This document shows positions 13,791 to 29,959 of a stretch of 64,000 bases of DNA, in pieces. The first letter of the stretch is position 1; every line of letters begins with the position of its first letter. The notes beneath the pieces were generated by a model. That model made no database searches. It saw nothing but the letters and a program-made list of their open reading frames with translations, and was not told the origin of the DNA. The position numbers and the translations under genes are program-made. Location: the NCBI GenBank assembly GCA_012295275.1, contig CM022665.1, positions 43,648,001 through 43,712,000 on the forward strand. The letters run 5' to 3'. This stretch comes from Chrysomallon squamiferum (Eukaryota > Animalia > Mollusca).

Positions 13791-15370
13791 GTGCTTTTTT
13801 TCATATGTTTAGTACGTATGTAAATATATTATCTCTGAAGTATGCCTTAAATTTTTCTCGTTACGTTACGTTACGTTATGCACGTTTTGTGCATGTGTGT
13901 GTGTGTGTAGGGCTATGTATGCATTTTATATATGTGTATATATATATATATATGTGTGTGTGTGTCTGTGTACACACACAATTGTCTCTGTGTATGTGTG
14001 TGTAGGTAAGTAGGTATCTATGCATACGAGTGTATTTTTACGTTATGTTCTCCGATGGCTTTTTTCCCCTCGTTTTTGGTTTTTTACTTTTATATATATA
14101 TATTTTTTTTTTTCTGTTTTTCAGTTCAAAAGCATGGACGAACAGACAACAAATCACCCAGAGCAGCGAATAACAAAAAAAAAAAAAAAAAAAAAAAACA
14201 TTTTCAACAACTGAAGACACATTTTAGCACTTTTACTGTTTTTATTACGTCATGACAGACACAAGTTTTATTTTTTTATTTTTCGACCATTACGCCACGT
14301 TCATCTGCCTTTTATGCACCAAAACAAAATCAGATGGCGAAACTGCGGCTATTGCGAACTGGGTGTGAGCTCTGCACGACAGAATACTTCACGTATAATA
14401 TAAAACGGTCTTCTCCCCATCTCTTAATGCACCATACTGTGCTCGCTGTCTTTAGAAATTCCTTCAAGCTTTACTAACTTTATTTTGCCTCGAGAAACAA
14501 AAGTTGATTTAATCTTTCTTTTTTTTTTTCCAGTCCAGTTGGTCTTCTTTCGTCCTTTTTTTATTTCGTTCTCCCCGTTGAAACTGCGAACTGTACTTGA
14601 AGAGCATCGTTTTTTTTTTTTTTGAAAGGAAACTCACCCAGCCGTAGTTTCGTACTTTTGTCCTGTTTTTATTAACTGTAACTGGGTGTTTAAAAGATTC
14701 TCAATGGATGGATCCACTTTCAGCACTGGGGGACTGATTTGAATTCTGCTTTCCGCTTCGCAAACCTTTTACAAAAGGATGGGACTCAGTGTTGTCAAAT
14801 GACAGGTTGGAGGACAGATCCTATTTATTATTTGTCCGACGTATTTGAAGCATGTAGCAATTTTTTTTTTTCTTCATCCTTCTTCTTCTTCTTTTTATTT
14901 CGTTTTTCAATAGTTATAAATTCGTTTATACGCTTGCTATTGTGCAGCGTCGTACCCGTCACAAAAGACTTATCTCTCGTGATATGTCACGTGACCCAGA
15001 GGCAGCACTTGTTGCGTGATGTACTTGAGGCTCCCTACGGTAATCAGAAAGAATTAAGGTGTAAAAAATCTTTAAATAAAAAAAAAATAAAAAAAATAAT
15101 GAAAAAAATAAAATAAAATAATTCTTATTCTTTTTTGATAGGCACGTGTTTCAAACATTGCGTAGTAGTTTGTTTCATGCCTAAAGGCGAAATTTAACAA
15201 CATCATACATTAATTATTATTTTTTGAATTTATTTTTTTTTTTTTTTTTTTTTTTTTTATATGTGATGTAGAGAAATTATTATATTGCTCGTAGTTATCA
15301 TTGGATAGAGTCTCCCTGTAAAATTCATTTACTTACATTTTTTTTTTTTTAGCGTATGTAAATGATACCG

Positions 15371-15420
<50 letters not shown>

Positions 15421-15750
15421 AATGTTTTATTATCATAATACATAAAGGGTGTTGTCTTTCCTTCTTCTTTTATTAACTTCTTATTTGAATGTTTGTTTAA
15501 AACAGTTAAATATCTACTTAAACATTATCTACTCTTAAACGAATGTGTAATGAAATATACGTACGTATGCATAAGCTTTCCGGTGTTTTTATAAATACGT
15601 TTGAGGAAAGAAGAAGAAGAAAAAGTAAACATTAGGAATGTATTTAGCTTCAGAATACATCACAGTAGCTAATCACAATTATATATTACTACAACCAGGT
15701 CCACTACTATTATTATTATTTCTTTTACTACTGCTACTACTACTGCTACT

Positions 15751-15817
<67 letters not shown>

Positions 15818-16399
15818 TTGACCAACGATCCTGACTTTTCTTACGATTTTAAATGAAAAACAAGTGTATACCCGTCCCATTGTATGGGAACGTGCTTATA
15901 TATATATATCTTTATCACAGTACATCACACAGTTGAAAACACATAAACCTTTATTATTATTAAAGTATGCTGTGAAGAATTTACTACTAAAATGTGTTGA
16001 AAGGACCCTTTGCATTTATTCATGTAACATAATATTTATTATATGACGTAACACGGTATTGAATGTTCTTGTGATCGGAGATCAAGTGCAAATGTAATGC
16101 GTTTGAAATTCAGTGTTAATTTTATTTTTTATTTTTTTTCTATGTCGCTAACAGCAGGTGTTTGTATGTATAATGTGCATTTTTGCATACGGTTTATTCA
16201 AATACTTATATATCATGTATATCATATATATATATATATATGTGTGTTTGTTTGTGTATATATATATATATATATACAGACACACATACATGAATAAATA
16301 ATGTTCCGTGTATTAATATGTTTTCTCAGGAATGGAGAAAACATTGGGTAGTAACAATACTAATATTAGTAATATTAGTAGTATTAGTATTACTGGTGG

Positions 16400-16800
16400 T
16401 GACGTTAACAGAAACGAAACGACATCACCGCATGACGTCACGTCATGCACGGTCTAAACGTCATTAAATTAGCCGTGCTTTTGTCAGGTGACATTTTTTT
16501 TTTTTTTTTGACAGGACAGAAAACGTAAAAGGAAATTCCCCCACGGGATCGTGTTCGCTTTAACTGACGTACGCCTCATTATTTCCTCTGTCTGAATTAG
16601 CCCGGCATTTAACGCTGCGTTCCGCGTCTGTATTGGTTACAGTTTCCATTGCACAACAGCTCCTCTTCGAGAAACCAAAACAATCCGCGACACGGATACC
16701 CACGGTGGTCCGTGCTGTCGATTATCTCCCTTCGCTGGTTCCGGATTGTCAGAAATACTGCTTCCCTATTGTTACTTCTTATTTCGGCAGAAATAATTTG
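16400..16800. promoter_or_regulatory. Candidate enhancer island (CRE plus kappaB)
   Basis: TGACGTCACGTCA at 16433-16445 and GGAAATTCCC (reverse of GGGAATTTCC) at 16531-16540, in CpG-retaining unique sequence. Confidence 0.4.
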
Positions 16801-17014
16801 CACCGATAAGATGTCAGGTCTGGTCTTTTTTTTTTTTTTGGCCTTCATGATGTTTTCTTCACCTCTGTAATTTACTTTTGTTACCCAAGGAACGGCGTCT
16901 TGTTACACGCAAAAAAGGTGTTTCGGAAGACGTCCATTGTTACCCCAGGCTTTTTTTAAAAAAAATTCTCTCTAAGGAGTTTGTCGAGCATGTCCTTGTT
17001 TTTCAAATATAAAG

Positions 17015-17046
<32 letters not shown>

Positions 17047-18937
17047 AAAATGAGTAAAGTTTATTCTCGTAACCGGACATCATGATTACGTTTAGATAAA
17101 ACTGTTTTCTTAACGACTAGTTTCAATATCTTTTTTTTTTTTTTTTTTTTTTTCTTAACGACTTTTCGGCTGACACCTGTTTTTTTAAAAAGAAGGGAGT
17201 TTTTAAAAAGAAAAGAAAAGAAAGGAACGAATGACCTTGTTGTCCACTCCATTGTCTTCACTCCAGCCTGTCTTATTGAAAAACGTATTTTATGTGTTCT
17301 GTGCGTTTGTTTGAAAACCTACTCTGTAATTGGTGACGCTGGAAAGTTAATGATGGGAAAGATTACCTTTACGATCGGTGCTGTTCTCCTCAACGATTCT
17401 CTCTGGCATTGTCTTTTTCCCGCGAGAGTGTCATAGATAACGCGGACAGATTTAGGTGTCCCCCCCTCCCCCTTTCTTCCTGGCTGCAAGATGAAAGATG
17501 AACAAATTAGCCTGCTCTTTACGTCTGTTTAATTGTCCCGTTAATGGCCGAGATTAAAACTTTTGTCTTTAAGTTTCCTGACACGTTCTGATAACCGTGC
17601 GAGAACCGTCTTTTTTTTTTTTTTTCAGAGACAGGCAGAGAGAAGAGAAATAGAAAATTTCTGTTTTTAAGTTACTGTTATTGTTATTGTTGTTATTATT
17701 ATTATTATTTTTTGTTGCTGATGGAAGTGGATAGATATAGAACGTGTTATTACTTAATATGTATGTGTATGTCATCGTGTGTGTACGTATCTATGTATGT
17801 ATGTATGTATGTAACTCTGGTATGACTGTATTTCTGTATGGACGTATACATGATGTATCTATGTGTGTGTGCGTGTGTATGTAACTAAGTATGCATGTGT
17901 ATACATATGTATTTATTCAAATATGTCTGCATATTTATAATGTGTATGTCTATGTTTAAATGTATTTTATGTATGTATATATGTATGTATGTATGTAAAA
18001 AGATATGAATATGAAGAGATATGAATAAAACGTACTTTCGTAAGAGCATTCCTGTAATTACATACACACAGTGGAATAAATCTCTTTATTTTCGTTTCTT
18101 TCTGCGGTTTTTTTTTTTTCTTTTTTCTTCTCTCCTTTTCTTTTCCAGAATGAAACGGACACCTCTAAGCCGACATTTCCTATAAACATTTCTATTCCCT
18201 ATTGTTGTTTATATAATTGCCTAATTCCATTCCCGTCTCTGGTCCCCGTCTAGGAAGGGATTTTTTTTTATCCACAATGCCATCTTTATTTACTTGTATT
18301 TTTATAAGCTTCTGACCGACGACGGTTCATTCTCTCGTTCGTGAATGTGTTTTATGAAGCACAAATATTTGCTCGTGTTGATAAAACATCGGCTCAAACT
18401 GTTTTACGGTTGCGAATATCCACGACCAACTTGCAAGCAAGCAAGAAGGGACGGGTCAAAAAAAAAAAAAAAAATTCAGAAAAAAATAACAAAAAAACCC
18501 TCACCCCCCCAAAAAAAAAAAAACATTGGGGATTGGGGTCCCGGGGGGGGTGGTGTGTTGTAATAGCTATAAGTATGTTAATGTTGGTGGTCAAATGACG
18601 TTAATTTTAAAGAATTATAAAGAAAAATGAAAAAAAAAATCGGCTGGGTTAAAAAAAAAAAAAAAAAAAAAAATTGGGTGTGGGACTGAAAGTGGGTCCG
18701 CTCCCCCTTGGGAGGGTGTTTTCTTTCCCGTGGTGTGGTTGTTAGAAAGACGTACGACCAATAGCAAGATCTTTTTTTTTTTTCTTCCAGCAGTCTTTTT
18801 TTTTGGCGTCGCCGGTAGCTGATTAGTTTTTAACACTGCAGTGCACGGGTTTAAAAGAAGTAATTTTTACTTTTACGAAGTTTGGCTTGTCGCCGCTCAA
18901 GTCAAATAAATAAAACTAAAACCCAGCCGCGATTTCA

Positions 18938-19291
18938 TTTGAACGTATCAGCATTTTCTTAACAAGACTCTGAATTGGAAAAGTAAAAGAAGAAGTCGAA
19001 GAAGAAGAAGAAAGAAGAAGAAAGAAGAAGAGGGAGAAGAAAAAGAAGAAGAAGAAGAAGAAGAAGAAGAAGAAGAAATAAGAAGAAGAAAGAAGAAGAA
19101 GAAAGAAGAAGAAGAAGAAGAAGAAGAAGAAGAAGAAGAAAGAAGAAAAGGGAGAAGAAGAAATAATAATAATAAGAAGTAGAAGAAGAAGGAGAAGAAA
19201 TAAGACGAAGAAGAAGAAGAAGAAAAAAAGAAAAAGAAGAAGAAAGAAAATGAAGAAGAAGAAGAAGAGGGAGAAGAAATAATAATAATAA

Positions 19292-19322
<31 letters not shown>

Positions 19323-19450
19323 AAAGAAGAAGAAGAAGAAAGAAGAAAAGGGAGAAGAAGAAGAAAGAAAAAGAAGAAGAAGAAAGAAGAAAAGGGAGAA
19401 GAAGAAATAATAATAATAAGAAGAAGAAGAAGAAGAAGAAAGAACAGTCA
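18938..19450 (+). repeat. Dispersed repeat copy B: unique head followed by an expanded GAA polypurine tract
   Basis: tttgaacgtatcagcattttcttaacaagactctgaattggaaaagtaaaag, then ~450 bp of (GAA)n that shares the gaagagggagaagaaataa interruption with copy A. Confidence 0.65.
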
Positions 19451-19762
19451 TGTAAAATCAGTGTTAGGGTTAGTATATTAGACAGCTAGAGAACAGAAAA
19501 TGTAATAGATGTGTATACCTCCATAATTTGTACATAAATATGTGCTCGAAATACCAAACAATAGTACAGGTAGCACTGGTAATAGCAATCGTAGAAATAG
19601 CGGGAATAACTGTTGTTGTGGATGTTGTGGTAGAAATAGAAGTGGTTGTAGTAGCTGTTGTAGAAGTACTGCTAGTAGTAGTAGGTTTAATCTTAACAAG
19701 AGCGGTAATTGCATCATTAAAAATAGTACTAATAGTAGTGGTGTCAGTAGTAGAAATTCTGG

Positions 19763-20148
19763 TTGTTTAGAAGTATTAGTAGTACTAGTATTGTTTAGGT
19801 GTATTAGTAGTACTAGTATTGTTTAGGAGTATTAGTAGTACTAGTATTGTTTAGAAGTATTAGTAGTACTAGTATTGTTTAGGATTATTAGTAGTACTAG
19901 TATTGTTTAGGAGTATTAGTAGTACTAGTATTGTTTAGAAGTATTAGCAGTACTAGTATTGTTTAGAAGTATCAGCAGTACTAGTATTGTTTAGGAGTAT
20001 TAGTAGTACTAGTATTGTTTAGGAGTATTAGTAGTACTAGTATTGTTTAGGAGTATTAGTAGTACTAGTATTGTTTAGAAGTATCAGTAGTACTAGTATT
20101 GTTTAGGAGTATTAGTAGTACTAGTATTGTTTAGGAGTATTAGTAGTA
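19763..20148. repeat. 28-bp minisatellite, ~14 copies
   Basis: Unit ttgtttag(g/a)agtattagtagtactagta starts every 28 bp from 19763 to 20127 and merges into an (AGT)n tract. Confidence 0.93.
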
Positions 20149-20225
20149 GTAGTAGTAGCAGTAGCAGAAGTAGTAGTAGTAGTAATAGTAGTAGTAGCAG
20201 TTGTAATAGTAATAGTAGTAGTAGC

Positions 20226-20284
<59 letters not shown>

Positions 20285-20695
20285 AAGTAATATTAATGGT
20301 GACCTAAATAGCAATATTAGCTGAGAACAAATAGTGTAATCGTAGACAATGAAAGTAATAAATGTATTGATTGTTGCAACAGCAGTGGTTGTAGTGTCGG
20401 GCGTGTTGTGACACTATATATATATAAATATGTATATGTATAGTATTTTACGTGTACAACGTACACATACACACATGGCATACATACGTACACACATATA
20501 CAGAACATATTATACACACACATAACGTAAGGCTTTTTTTTAGCATTATATGCAGTTGTCAAGATTGAAAAAAAAGAATGTTGTTGTTATTATTATTTAC
20601 TTTATTGTTCTGTTGGTACTGTTATTGTTGTATTATTATTATTATTATTATTATTGTTATTATTGTTATTATTTTTATTATTATTGTTATTATTA

Positions 20696-20739
<44 letters not shown>

Positions 20740-21570
20740 GTTTTATATAAATGTGTGTGTTTGTTGGTTGTTGTTTTTTTTAATCATTATTCACAAAACT
20801 TTAAACATTTTTGTGGCGTAAACAGATAATATTTTGTTCCATTATTATAGTTGTTGTTGTTGTTGCTGTTGCTATTGTTGTTATTATTTACTTTTTTATT
20901 CTATTTTTATTGTCGTTGTTGTTATTATTATTATTATTTATATTATTATTGTTATTACTAATGTTACTACTACTACTACTATTACTACTACCACCACTAC
21001 TACTACTATTATTACTACTACTACTACTACTATTACTACTACCACTACCACCACCACCACTACTACTACTATTATTACTACTACTACTACTACTACTACT
21101 ACTTCATTTTGAGTTTCTTCACCCATGCTACACCTACATAGTTTACATTTTTATTTTTTATTTCATTATTTTTAATTGTCTGCCCTAAGGTCTGTTTTGG
21201 TCGAATAAATTAAAAGGCAGTTATGAAAAATGATTACAGGTAGACATCAAAAGAACTGCCTTCCCGAAAAAACACCTTTAGGATTAACCGATTTTTAATT
21301 TTTGTACGTGTTTACTTGCAATTAGGTATGTATGTTATATGTATGTGTATGCGTGTATGTTTCTATATGTATGTATGTATGTATGTATATATGTGTGTTT
21401 GTGTATGTATGTATGTATGTATGTGTATGTATGTATGTGTGTGTATGTGTGTGTGTATGTATATATGTATGTATGTATGTTTGTGTATGTATGTATGTAT
21501 GCCACATATATGTATATACGTATGCTTGTTTGTGTGTGTATGAGTGTGTGTGTGAGTGTGTGTGTGTGTA

Positions 21571-21611
<41 letters not shown>

Positions 21612-21724
21612 GTGTAAAATATGCACCTGTCTGGTTAGTTTTTATTATCATAAATATACAACTGAGAACAATACAACAAACTAAAAGAAATAAATAAATA
21701 ATAATAATAATAATAATAAATAAT

Positions 21725-21757
<33 letters not shown>

Positions 21758-21776
21758 AACAACAACAACAGATAAT

Positions 21777-21812
<36 letters not shown>

Positions 21813-22263
21813 AAAGATATAGGACAGACAGAGAAAGAAAGAGAGAGAGAAAAAAAAAAAAAAAAGAATTAATTACAAGCAAGTCACGTGTTTGAATCTG
21901 CGTTGGAATTTGCACTTGGTAAACAATGTCGTTGTGTGTGTGTGTGTTTTTCTACGTCTCCGATGCTGCTGCTGCCTACATAACTTACTCGCAGTAAGCT
22001 GACAGCTTTCTGTTTGCCTGTCTTCCTCTTCTTCGTCAGATGGATGGCTTTGTCCAGGAGAGCGGACTTGAACTGACACTCGGAATTAAGCGAAATTTTC
22101 GTCTTTGTCACCCGAGTTTAATAAATGCGAGTCGTTCGGCTTGGTATCAGTTTCTGATGAAATGATATTTTGTTTCACCGGAAAAAGAAAAGTACGTGAA
22201 ATGAATATACGTAAATTGAGTAGCGTTTGCGTAGAATTGTGTTGTTTTATTTGGAATTGTTTA

Positions 22264-22302
<39 letters not shown>

Positions 22303-23134
22303 AAGGAGGTGCATGCTGTTTTCTTAATTTTTTTTTATAAAACAATATTTTCAGTCCTATTTTAAAATAACTTTACACATTAATTTTGAAATTTTGAAAT
22401 ATATTTATTGTTATAATTTGTTTATGGCAAAGAAAGATGAATTATGTATATGGTGCTGTATATGAATGTACATGTTTGTCTGTCTGTGTGTGTGTATGTG
22501 CGTATGTGTGTACACCTGTGTGACTGTGTCTAACTCGAATACGATTTAACTAAAGCCGAAGCGCTGTATATAAATAGGTATGCAAAGAATTTTTTCATAT
22601 TTCTATGATTTAAAAAAAAAAAAAGTAAATAAATAAATAAAAGTCAAAATAAAATATTAATGTGTAAAGTTTTTTAACAATACCAATGAAAATATGTCTC
22701 ATAAAAATTAAGACAATAAAAACGTACACCTTCTTCTGTATCTTACTACTACTACTACTACTACCACTACCACTATTACTACTACTACGACGACTACTAC
22801 TACTACTACTACTACCACTACTGCTACTACTACCACTACTACTTCTACTACTACTACTACTTCTACTACTACTACTACAACTATTATTATTATTTTTATT
22901 ACTACTACTACTATTATTATTACTATTATTACTACTACTATTATTATTATTATTATTATGTAAAGGCTCGCCCAGCAAAATGACGGCGAGTCTTTCTCCA
23001 CTCGCCTCAGTATATTTTTTAACAGGCGACAGAAGATTGCGATGCACCGTCATTACGTGTGTTAAAAAAAGTCGTGTTTTTCAGCGAGTTCAAAAGACTA
23101 CAACTTGTGACTTCTCATTTCCTGGATCTTCTAA

Positions 23135-23173
<39 letters not shown>

Positions 23174-23595
23174 CTCTCTCTCTATGTAAAGAATTTTACC
23201 TTTTGTATTTTCATCTCTGTGTGTGTGTGTTTTTTTTTTTTTTTTTTTTAATCTTTTCGTTTTCTTGTTACAAAGCAAACAAGTTTCGCTGTGTTCGGTG
23301 TAGCACGCGAGTTAGATGTGACATTTTATTGCGAAATGTTGATTTTCAATTTCGTGAAAGAATCCTTGAATAAACGAAACATGAGGTTCCGGGTTTGAGC
23401 GCATTTCGCTCAGTGTATAAATGGTGACATTCAGATTGAAGAAGTAAAAGAAAAAAAGGGGGAAGAAAAAAAAAGAAAAGCGAAAGGAGAAGAAGAAATA
23501 GATTTAAAAAAAAAGAGAAAAAAGGAAGAAAGTTTAATTGGACGATTCTGTTGCAAAACATGAGGTTATTATAGAAGAAAAAAAGGAAGAGAAAT

Positions 23596-23681
<86 letters not shown>

Positions 23682-23719
23682 TTACAGAGAGAATGAAAGA
23701 GAAATAAGCAGAGAGAGAC

Positions 23720-23758
<39 letters not shown>

Positions 23759-24193
23759 AAAAGAAAGAGACAGACAGACAGATAGAGGGAAAGGGACAAG
23801 GGACAGCGGGAGATAAAGATGATCCCTAAATTGGAAGTTATTATTGTAATCACGAAATAGTTGTTATATACATACATCCATTCATTTATTCAGACATACA
23901 TACACACATTTACACACACCCATTTACACACACACACACACTCGCACATGCATCACCGCAACAAAACAACAACAAAACCACAAACACAAAACATTAAACA
24001 ACCCACGCACACCGCACCCGGACATACCAGACAGACCTGCATGTGACTATCACTGTGTGCATCATGTTCGGGGGTGTATTTTATTATTATTTTTTCCCTG
24101 TTCTCTTAGGTCATCATGTCACTTTGGTTAATATGAAAATTTATGTTCCATGTCAGTTACGGTTCGCTGATTTTGAAGGTCACCACGCTAACG

Positions 24194-24229
<36 letters not shown>

Positions 24230-24640
24230 AGAAGAAGAAAAAAAAACAAGGCCCCTAAGGCAGGTATCCAAATTGTCGCTATTAATATTGTGGAGTGTAA
24301 TAAACGTGCAGAACGTGAAGCAGTAGGTAAGGCTTGGTTAACGTGTTTTTTCACTCAAAATGTAGATTCCTCGTAAAAGGTAAAAAAAAAAAGAAAAGAA
24401 AAACGAAGACGAAGAGAGTTGTAAAGCAGTTTTGGTGTCTCTCTCGCCTGGTTGTAAAGCAGATGTTGTTGGAACGGGTGGTGGTGTGTGGTAGATGCAG
24501 GTAGTGGATATGTATGTATACTTAGGTAACTGGATGAAAAATAAATAAAATAAAATAAAATAAAATAAACGGAGAAGAATAAAATGGAGCTGAGAAGGAG
24601 AAGAAGAAGAAGAAATGAATGTGAAGAGAGAGAGAGAGAC

Positions 24641-24772
<132 letters not shown>

Positions 24773-24950
24773 CAGAGAGGAAGTATAATAGTCACGTATG
24801 TACGACGTAATGATGGAGACAGCAACAAATATATAAACAGACAGACAGACAGATAGTAATAAATAGGTAGAAACAGAGGGAGAGAGTAATACATAGAAAG
24901 ACAGAGCGAGAGAACGGGAGACAGAGAGAATGAGAGAGAGAACGAGAGAC

Positions 24951-25024
<74 letters not shown>

Positions 25025-25153
25025 GAAGACACTGATAAATACAGAAAGAGAGAAGAAAAAAAAACTGAGAATGGGACTGTCATTCAAACAAACAGAAATT
25101 ACACAGATAAATAAATAGATAGCAACATGCAGAGAGAAAGAAAAAAACGAAAT

Positions 25154-25850
<697 letters not shown>

Positions 25851-26527
25851 CACTTGTACGTAGAAAATAAATAAAAGGTATCTCTTCGTTCGTCCACACA
25901 CACACACACACACACACATACACAGCATGGTCCAATTACAACCGAGCCCATTATTTTTACGAGGACGATATTCTCGATTCATTGCCCTGTTAGTATTGTC
26001 GAAAGTTTGCAGGCGGAATAGCTGGAGTACATAAACATACTAATAAACACACGAGCCACAATGAACCAGAGTGTTCGGTGTACATTGCCAAGTATATACA
26101 ACTTACTTTATAAACTGACACAGACCATAAAACATTTTTTTTGTTGTGTGTGTTCCCGGCTTTCTTTCTTTCTTTCTTTCTTTCTTTCTCTAAGTTGTCC
26201 ACTTTTGTTGTTGTGGGGTTTTTTTTCTGTGACAGAGATGTTGGTCACGTGTGGCGGGAGTGTGGACGTTGTCGTCGTTTCTATTGTGTCGTCGAGTGTC
26301 CTTGGTTGTAGGACAAGGGGTTGCCGTAGTGACTTTTTTTTTTTTTGGTTTTGTTGTTGTAGTTGTTGTTGTAGTTGTAAGAGAGTGTGGTGAGTGTTGA
26401 GTATATACGGAATGTAGAGCCGCGTTTGTGATTCGGAATAAATACGTGAAGATGTGTGAGAAGATTAGAGAGATAGAGATCTCAAACCTAGACTTTCAGA
26501 TAGAAAAAGAGTAGAGAGAGAGAGAGG

Positions 26528-26653
<126 letters not shown>

Positions 26654-27147
26654 CAAACACACACACATACCTGTAATAGACAAACAGAATGATACATAAT
26701 GAAGCAATATAAAACTCCAAAATATTTATTTATACATGTATCAATACGTACATACATACATACATACATATACACATACATACATACATACATACATACA
26801 TACATACATACATACATACATACATACATACATACTTACTACTATACTATATTTCTCGTGATAATTTTAATTTGCCACACTTTGTTATTCAGTCCCCCCC
26901 CCAAAAAAAACCTGTTTTATTTATACATACATACATATATAATACATACATACATAAATATATAACACCACACAAACAAACGCACAACAACTTGTTATAC
27001 TATTAAACAACATTTCACGTGCTAATTTTCAAATTTACCACTCTCTTTGTCATTCAAATTGAAAAATCTGTTTTATTTACCACACGTCGTCCTGTCCAAC
27101 ATTCATTACAAATTCACCAGCAACACGTGCAATCTTTCTAGTTCACT

Positions 27148-27228
<81 letters not shown>

Positions 27229-28041
27229 AACACACATACAAACCACATACGAATCCGCAAAAAAAAAAAAAAAAAAAAATATACAAAATATATACAGAAT
27301 CCGTACAGGTGATATTGTGTATTGAGACCACCTGCGGATTCGCCAAACTCGAGGATCGTTTCGTATTCACTGAGGTTTTCACGCAGCAGTGTGCAAGAGG
27401 GTATTTTATTTTAAAATTAAACTTGTCAACTGAACGTACCGTCACATTGTGCTTAAACAAATGTGTTAGAAGTAAATACCCTGGCACTTTGCCAAACTGC
27501 CGCGTTTGTTTTTTTTTTTTGTGTCTTTTTTTTTTAGTTATTTTTTAATTTAAAATGATAAATACGACGTGCACTTTTATTTAACCTAGTAAAATGTTAG
27601 TGTGTGTATGTGTGTGCGTGTGTGTGTGTGTGTGTGTTGTAAATATATACAAATACATATATAGAGTACATATAATTAATTACCTTTATTATACAAACAT
27701 ACAAACATTGAAAAATACACACACATACATTATGCATGGTATGTGTGTGTATCTTTGTATGTATATATGTATGTATGTTTGCATAATAAAGGTAATTATA
27801 TGTACTGTATGTATGTCTATGTATTTCTATATATTTATGTATGTTTTGTATAACTGTGTCTATCATCTTATTTATATATCTATTAATCTGACTGTATGCC
27901 TTTCGGTTTGTATATCTGTATATATGTCTGTCTGTCTGTCTGTCTCTGTCTGTCTTTGTCTCTATGTCTGTCCATTTATCCATCTCTGTTTATTTATCTG
28001 TGAAATAGATAGACAGACAATAAATGTAATTTGTCTTTGGA

Positions 28042-28182
28042 ACGAAACAAACACAAGTGATAAAATAAACAGATATTGACCAGTACGAAACAAACACAAG
28101 TGATAAAATAAACAGATATTGACCAGTACGAAACAGACACAAGTGATAAAATAAACAGATATTGACCAGTACGAAACAGACA
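28042..28182. repeat. 43-bp tandem repeat, ~3.3 copies
   Basis: acgaaacaaacacaagtgataaaataaacagatattgaccagt starts at 28042, 28085 and 28128, with a partial copy at 28171. Confidence 0.92.
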
Positions 28183-28343
28183 GCAGTGACATATAACTGA
28201 TATTAGACACCGTCAATTGACATCTTGCTATATCAGCTAAATCTGGAAATTGATTGACGTAATGAGTTCAGGTTCCGTGGCCGGCTATGAATGGATTTGT
28301 CCCGCGGTCACTTTGACAAAACAGATTTCATTAGTTACCTGTT

Positions 28344-28414
<71 letters not shown>

Positions 28415-28760
28415 CATTAATATTAATGATGATGATGATAATAACGATAACATTAATAAGAATACAACAACAGCAACAACAACAACAATTTTAATAATAA
28501 TAATAATAATAATAAAAGTAACATTAATAATAATAACAATAACGAAAGCATTAACAGAAATGACAACAGGAACAATAATAATAACAATAATAATAAAAAA
28601 CATTAATAATAACGATGATGATGATGATCATGATAACGATAACATTAATAATAATGACAAGAAAACAACAACAAAAACAACAATAATAATAACAAAAATG
28701 ATAATAATAATAATAATAATAATAAAATGATGATGAAGCGTTTCAAAAACAGAGAAACAA

Positions 28761-28912
28761 GACGAAGCTCATTGGTTAGACATTTGATGTTTGATAAGTC
28801 ACACCAGATCAATATTCCTTGGTTACCAAATTCTTTTGTTATCCCGTTCCAGTCAACTCTCTGATTTTTATCAAAGGCCATGGTATGTGCTTTTTTCCCG
28901 TATCTGAGAAAT
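28761..28912 (+). mobile_element. Probable degraded tRNA-derived SINE 5' half
   Basis: A-box-like aagctcattggttaga (28765-28780), then cgttccagtca and tatcaaaggccatggtatgtgc (28869-28890). From recall, unverified, this resembles the body of molluscan Meta-domain-type SINEs. Confidence 0.45.
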
Positions 28913-28946
28913 ATATTAAAAAGAAGAACAAAGAAAGAAAGAACGA

Positions 28947-28982
<36 letters not shown>

Positions 28983-29733
28983 ATCAAGTAAAGAAAGAAA
29001 AGAAAAAAAAAAAAGACAAGGAAAACGACAAATTGTGCAACATACAATCCCCATCTGACAACGTCAACATTAGAAACGTGTCTGTTTCACTGATTCAGTT
29101 TCACTTGTCAAATTTACACACCTGATGATCCGCCAGCACAATGTGTGTGTGTGTGGGGGGTGTCAGCCCGCTTAATACCTCGTGCCCGACCGTCCGCATG
29201 TGCGCGCGGTGGACTGTCATTTCCCTTTCGTTTGTGTCTGGCTGAATGACGTAATAAGCACGTGACGTTTCTCGTGGTCTTCGTTTGATGCCGGTAAATA
29301 ACGAGCGTGACTTTTGTGCAGTTAAACGAATTTGGTTTTACCGCGAAGAAGAATTAAAAAAAAATATTTAAAAAAAATTAAAATTTTTTTTTTTTTTTTT
29401 TAAATGTGATATATGGAGCTGTACAAATACATTAATTTTGAATGTTGAAAAATGATTCAGTTAAAAGAGAGTTAAAAATAATTGTTTTTTTTAAGAAACA
29501 AGGATAGATAAATAGGTAGGTGGGTAGATATAAATATATATGGAGTGATAGATGGATCGACAGGTCGACAGATAAATACATAGGTAGGTAGTAAGCTAGA
29601 TAGACGGATAGACAGACAGACAGATAGATAGATAGATAGATAGTTAGGTTTGTTTTTTTACGCGTATGACGTAGCCTAATACAGATGGATAGCTAGACTG
29701 ATACATAAATGGAGATGAGGAGTTAGAAACGAA

Positions 29734-29784
<51 letters not shown>

Positions 29785-29883
29785 AAAGAGACAGAGACAT
29801 ATTGAAAGAAAAGTGAGAAGAAAAACAAAAGATAGATAGATAAAAACAGAGAGGAGAGAAACAAAGAGAGATGAAGAAAGAGA

Positions 29884-29959
<76 letters not shown>

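Noticed and set aside
19478-19826. Cys-rich ORF (NNCCCGCCGRNRSGCSSCCRS) resembling a metallothionein or toxin
   Set aside because: It arises from a degenerate TGT/AGT trinucleotide tract adjoining the 28-bp minisatellite; no gene structure.
9770-23432. Shared 12-mer atggtgacattc before purine tracts at 9770 and 23421
   Set aside because: Isolated 12-bp matches are expected by chance in 64 kb and the flanks do not align.
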